Below are positions 63,139-64,000 of a stretch of 64,000 nucleotides of DNA, piece after piece (position 1 is the first letter of the stretch; each line of letters starts with the position of its first letter). The notes under the pieces were generated by a model. It did no database searches, had not been told where the DNA came from, and worked only from the letters and a program-made list of their open reading frames with translations. Made by a program: the position numbers and the translations under genes. Origin of the DNA: a bacterium (GTDB taxonomy: Bacteria > Patescibacteriota > Minisyncoccia > Minisyncoccales > JAZDGI01). The stretch lies in the NCBI GenBank assembly GCA_043807085.1, contig JAZDGI010000013.1:1607-65606 (forward strand). Direction: 5' to 3'.

Positions 63139-64000
63139 CTTCGTTTTTTCTCTTTTGGCGAGACATCATCTTTTAATTTGAAAGCGGCCGTGCCAGGACG
63201 TGGAGAGTATCTAGAGATATAGGCCATATCAAATTTTGTTTCCTTAAAAAGTTTAACGGTGTTTCCAAATTGTTTTTTAGTCTCTCCTGGGAAACCGACA
63301 ATCGCATCGGTTGACAGGTTTAAGTCTGGAATTTTTTTTCTAATTTTTTTGACTAGAGCCATGTATTGTTTTACCGTATATTTGCGGTTCATTTTTTTTA
63401 ATATTTTATCGTCGCCGGATTGCAGTGGCAAATTAAGATATTTAGCGATTTTCATGGAGTCGGCCATAACATCAATCAACTCATCGGAAAAGTCCGCGGG
63501 GTTTGGAGACATAAGCCTGATTTTAAAATCACCCGGAATTTCGCTTGTCATTTTCAATAATTTTGCAAAGTTTATGCCTCTCGAGTTATAGTCGTTGACA
63601 TTTTGGCCTAAGAGCCAGATTTCTTTGAAGCCTTTATCGGTCGCATTTTTAACTTCAGCCAGAATTTTTTGGTGATCGCGACAAACAAGCGGCCCTCGAG
63701 TAAAAGGCACAACGCAATAAGTGCAGCCGTTATTGCAGCCGCTAGAAATCGGCACATAGTAAACAGTACTACGAGCTAGTCTGTGGTACTGTTTAGGGAT
63801 CCCATTATTTAATAGATCTTTTTTGTCCTGGATTTCGTCAAATTTTTCTTTGAATTTTTGCTTGTCTTTTTTCAAAAGACATCCCGTCAAGACAGCTTTG
63901 AGTTTTGGATTTTTAGCTTTAAGCTTAGCAAGTCTTTGAGTTAAGCCATAAACCCTGTTAACCGCCGATTGCCTGACAGAGCACATATTAACCACTATTA
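63108..64000 (-). CDS. miaB: Radical-SAM methylthiotransferase MiaB-like. The 5' part (N-terminal MTTase domain) lies beyond the window end.
   Basis: CNNGCTYC radical-SAM motif; TRAM-like C-terminus; the ORF is open to position 64000. Confidence 0.8.
   Translation of the reverse strand, partial: IVVNMCSVRQSAVNRVYGLTQRLAKLKAKNPKLKAVLTGCLLKKDKQKFKEKFDEIQDKKDLLNNGIPKQYHRLARSTVYYVPISSGCNNGCTYCVVPFTRGPLVCRDHQKILAEVKNATDKGFKEIWLLGQNVNDYNSRGINFAKLLKMTSEIPGDFKIRLMSPNPADFSDELIDVMADSMKIAKYLNLPLQSGDDKILKKMNRKYTVKQYMALVKKIRKKIPDLNLSTDAIVGFPGETKKQFGNTVKLFKETKFDMAYISRYSPRPGTAAFKLKDDVSPKEKKRRWKILNSLLY

Overview
This 64-kb window looks like a compact, AT-rich bacterial genome with the gene content of a Candidate Phyla Radiation (Patescibacteria/Parcubacteria-like) organism; that taxonomic call is an inference from gene content only. 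Protein calls rest on motif recognition in the provided translations, not on database searches.

The core is a fused ribosomal super-operon. It runs rpsL-rpsG-fusA-tuf-rpsJ, then rplC through rplO, then secY. No rpmD (L30) lies between rpsE and rplO. The alpha-operon genes infA-rpmJ-rpsM-rpsK-rpsD-rpoA-rplQ, followed by rplM-rpsI, sit about 6 kb downstream of map. A secE-nusG-rplK cluster has no rplA after it. Housekeeping genes include greA, cspA, gatC, gatA, gatB, alaS, proS, a pheS-like gene, gyrB, holB, frr, rseP, two mreB paralogs, miaA and a partial miaB.

The accessory or unusual content is:
- a G+C-shifted island (about 48.4-51.9 kb) directly 3' of a tRNA-fMet/tRNA-Met/tRNA-Asp cluster, encoding pyrD, a pyrE-like phosphoribosyltransferase and an actinobacterial-type (type 2) pyrF, plus two tiny unknown ORFs;
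- a thymidylate and deoxynucleotide salvage cluster (dCMP deaminase with an N-terminal extension, thyA, folA, a MazG-like protein, an Rcl/NDT-like protein, deoC, a HIT protein and a cytidylyltransferase);
- a REP-associated tyrosine transposase (RAYT) flanked by perfect REP palindromes, splitting gatC from gatA, with related REP copies elsewhere in the window;
- three adenylate-kinase-family paralogs;
- a stand-alone Cas4-like Fe-S PD-(D/E)XK nuclease;
- a membrane-anchored protein with a DUF4145/HEPN-like domain;
- an apparently monomeric (mitochondrial-type) PheRS;
- an rpoA lacking the alpha C-terminal domain;
- a large cysteine-rich tandem-repeat surface protein;
- a stand-alone ComEC-type metallo-beta-lactamase domain protein;
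- a small zinc-ribbon / ZIP transporter / DUF5679 cluster.
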